From NCBI GenBank assembly GCA_043228905.1, contig JBHGNT010000516.1, forward strand, positions 1-21,884: a DNA stretch of 21,884 bases, read 5' to 3'. This document shows positions 18,801 through 21,884 of the stretch, piece after piece. Position numbers and translations under genes: made by a program. The notes under the pieces were generated by a model that did no database searches, was not told the origin of the DNA, and saw only the letters and a program-made list of their open reading frames with translations. This DNA comes from Azolla caroliniana (Eukaryota > Plantae > Polypodiophyta). Positions within the stretch are counted from its first letter, which is position 1; the number at the start of each line of letters is the position of its first letter.

Positions 18801-21112
18801 TTAATTATATGTAGGTGTCACCCATTGACTTATGTGAACAGAGAGTTGAGGGATCAAGAAATAGATGATGTACTTGAATTTGGTTCCAAATCTTTGTGCC
18901 CTCGTAGGTATTTCTTTGTATATTTCGAATAAATTCAAGGTACAGTGCTGTAATAACATAGCACGACTTTTGTGGAGCATTAACCTGTATGAATGATTCC
19001 AATAACTCAATTCTATTGCCAAAAGCAAATTTAAACTTCTGAATGAGGTAGAAAAATCCCTATCGTTTGACTTTCTAATCCTCAGAAGTCAGCTCCCCAA
19101 AATCCATGCATTGATTAGTTTATACATATGACCTGGCAAAATGGAGAGGATTCAAATCTAAACAAAACCAAAACCAGAGAAAAAGGGCACGTAAGCTTGC
19201 AACAACCATCCTGAGACATTTGTCATTTTCTTCCATATTTTGTACTGTATTTTATTTTAAAATTATTATTACTAAAATTACTTGAAATCTAATACCGGAT
19301 TTCTTTTCATAAGTCTCAGTTTTTTGGGGGCTTTGCATTTTATCCATATATTTAGTGCTCATCTCTGTTTTGTTGCCTTTGTTCTTCATTCCTATCCATA
19401 CTCCAAACAGATATATATCTGCAAGCATTTAGTGCATGATTATATCACCTTTGAAGAAAAAAAGTTAAAGATTTTGCAGAAGAGCCTGCCTTCCTAACCT
19501 ACCTTTCTGAGTCAAGATGGTAAGTTATCCTCGAAATATCAAGATTTGTTTCACTTAGTATTGTGATACTGTTTTGGGGATCTGAGGGCACTGGCAACTG
19601 TTTTGAGTCTTAACCTTTAGTCATAGAAAACCCTTAATGAGTGTAATAAGCTTGGGTCCATAAGCATGCTATCCTTTAATTATCGTAGCCATTGGATTTA
19701 TAAGTATCCAATTACAAATATCAAATTACATTGCACTATAGAAAATGGTTGTAAATGATTTATGAGAGATGAAATTTTTTCATTGTAACTTAAAATTAAA
19801 TCTATATCAGCCACCTACTTAAGGTGTTAGATATCATTTGTCACAAATGAATGGATATCTAAACATGCTACAAGGCATTGCTAGGATTCATCACTCTCAT
19901 GCTATGAATGATTTTAATATAAAAATATATATAGCTATTGATACCATTCTTGAACTAGAAACCAATCAACACATAGGGCACCTTCAATAGTGAAAAATTG
20001 TTTCGCATGTACATAGTGATTGGTTAAAAACATTCAACCGTGGCCTAATCAGTTAAGATCGCCCCTGGAAGCCAGTGATCTGGAATATCTCATTAATGTT
20101 GTAGTCATGGCTTCAGATTCTGCTCTCTGGTTATTCCTGGCACTACATCCTGGTCATGCTATGGGAGAGTCTTCTAGAGATCATGTAATGCATGCATTAA
20201 TCATCCATGATGATCCCAGCAAGTCATCAGTGGCATATTGATAAATGTCATTATCGCCACGTTGACCACTAGGTTATGAGGTTTCCTTTGGAGATGTCTT
20301 CTATTCATATCTCTGTTCATTGGAAAGAGCCACCAAACGGTTAGACTAGACTGGTGTAGATAGCTCGATTGCTTCACTCGTTAGTGAAATATAAGCCGGA
20401 GATATTTCTGTTTATACTCTAATCAATGGCATTCTCATTACAGATGGATAAATCCTCCTGGAAACTGAACCTCTCTATCGTGGAGTTTGACTTGTTATTA
20501 ACATAGGATTACTCATTAGCTGTGTTGGGTCTGCTGCTTAGTCGAAAGCTATGAAAGCACCTTGCGGCACATTAAAATTGGAGCCTGTATAACATCGTGA
20601 AATTGGACCCTCCCCCACCTCCATGACAATCTAACCCGGATGTAGCATAATGAGACGGCTTTTTATTTATACAGAATGAGAATGAAGACAATTCGTAAAA
20701 GGTTTCCCGTTCAGGATGGAACACTGATCCACCCCCCTCGGATTCGAATAAGATCTTATCGCAGGAGTTTGTGGGGATTTTTAAATCGTTTTCAATTCTG
20801 TTTTGTTTGTAGTCGATCTGGATTTGCTTGTTAGATACTTTCCAGGAAAATGATGAATCAGAACCATTCCTGTAAAAGTCAATCTATTTTTTGTGAGTCC
20901 CACATATTTATAGAATCTGAAAACCTAGAAGAACTGAACCATCCCCTTAACATACCAGAAATTAATCTTTCATGTAGGGGGATAAAAACTCTTGACTGAG
21001 GATAAACTCCACTGCAACATTGGTTAAGAATTTTTTCTTACCACAATGCTTGTGGATCCAGCATATTGCAATCAACAGGTTTAGGCATCATGTTACAATT
21101 AGAACATTGTTT
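18801..21112 (-). pseudogene. Possible decayed multi-exon gene of unknown family, antisense within intron 4
   Basis: Several minus-strand acceptor/donor-like sites, a 98-codon stop-free frame (20868-20575) starting right after TTGACTTTTACAG, and overlapping ORFs 18801-19028 / 18805-19002. No family recognised. Confidence 0.35.
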
Positions 21113-21695
21113 CTGAAAATTAAAAATAAATATAAGCAGTACTCATTATTCAGTTCTTGAGTGGATGCCTTTGGAGTATAATTGAATCTTGACGGCGAAA
21201 AATACGTTATGAACTATGCAAACTGGTTGGGTCAGATAACTAGCTAAAGAAAATATGGAAGTATGATGTGGCCGTGAAAGCTACTATGCTAAATATCCGA
21301 GCCTTATAAAGGCTAATGCACCTGATAAAATTGAGGGGAACCCAATGTGCTGAGTATTTGGAGAATTTCAAGAGATGAAAATGTCAATACCTCTTTCAAC
21401 ACCAGATATTTGAAGATGTTGAGAACAACTTTAATGCATATGGCAAGTGCAAAAGATCTCCATCAGGAACACCCAAACCTTCATAAGTTAACAGTTCGAT
21501 CAGGAAAGGGGAACCTATTATGGCAGCGAACTTATTCATCTTGTTACACCCAAAATCTGTTCTTCACTTTGAACTATTTCCTATTCTTGTATGTTATAGC
21601 TCAGCATGAGAAGAAACACAGTCAGATCTTAAGTATTTGAGATGTTTAAATTTATGGGAGGCTATTGAAATAATTGCATGCCATGTATTTCACAG

Positions 21696-21772
21696 GTGAA
21701 ACTAATGTGGAACAATACAAATTCCATGCTGACGCTAATTGCAAGACGTTCTAGACATTTTGCAGGCACACG
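21696..21772 (+). CDS. FIG4: SAC phosphoinositide phosphatase, exon 5
   Basis: TTTCACAG| VKLMWNNTNSMLTLIARRSRHFAGT(R) |GTAGAT, with the hallmark LIARRSRHFAGTR. In frame with exon 4 across a 3975-nt intron. Confidence 0.94.
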
Positions 21773-21859
21773 GTAGATAATCAGCTAGAGATCTACTCAA
21801 TTTGTGTAGATATATGAAGCCTATTTGAGAGTATGAAATAAATCTTTATCTTGATGCAG

Positions 21860-21884
21860 GTACTTCAAAAGGGGTGTTAATGTT
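21860..21884 (+). CDS. FIG4: SAC phosphoinositide phosphatase, exon 6 (runs off window)
   Basis: TGCAG| (R)YFKRGVNV completes the GTRYxKRGVN motif. Confidence 0.9.

Noticed and set aside
19960-20240. Minus-strand text resembling a SAC C-terminus (EGALC)
   Set aside because: The match is too short and is broken by stops, so it cannot support assigning the antisense relic to the SAC family.
21347-21640. 97-aa plus-strand ORF as an extra SAC exon
   Set aside because: No SAC motifs, and exon 4 already joins exon 5 in frame with continuous family homology.

Overview
Eukaryotic (land plant) genomic DNA, by inference from a TE-rich non-seed plant such as a fern. It is not prokaryotic and has no CRISPR array or RNA gene that I can support. 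Bases 1-11.6 kb are a stack of decayed retroelements. (1) A + strand Ty3/gypsy gag-protease-RT fragment with a candidate -1 frameshift signal between protease and RT, fused in opposite orientation to the 5' end (LTR, tRNA-Arg PBS, gag-like ORF) of a - strand LTR element. (2) That LTR is inserted in a Ty1/copia element. (3) The 3' end of a second copia is interrupted by a 5'-truncated L1-type LINE. (4) A third, internally deleted copia remnant and a second LINE 3' fragment follow. Bases ~11.7-15.7 kb are intergenic/promoter sequence with microsatellites and a duplicated heat-shock-element-like motif. From 15714 to the window end lie the first six coding exons of a SAC-domain phosphoinositide phosphatase (FIG4/AtSAC1-5 type). 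Its 4-kb intron 4 opens with a five-unit tandem amplification of the exon-4/donor junction, one copy of which could act as an in-frame extra exon, and it also seems to hold a decayed antisense multi-exon gene. I found no wholly new biological system. The best leads are the protease/RT frameshift signal, the exon-junction amplification and the nested antisense relic.
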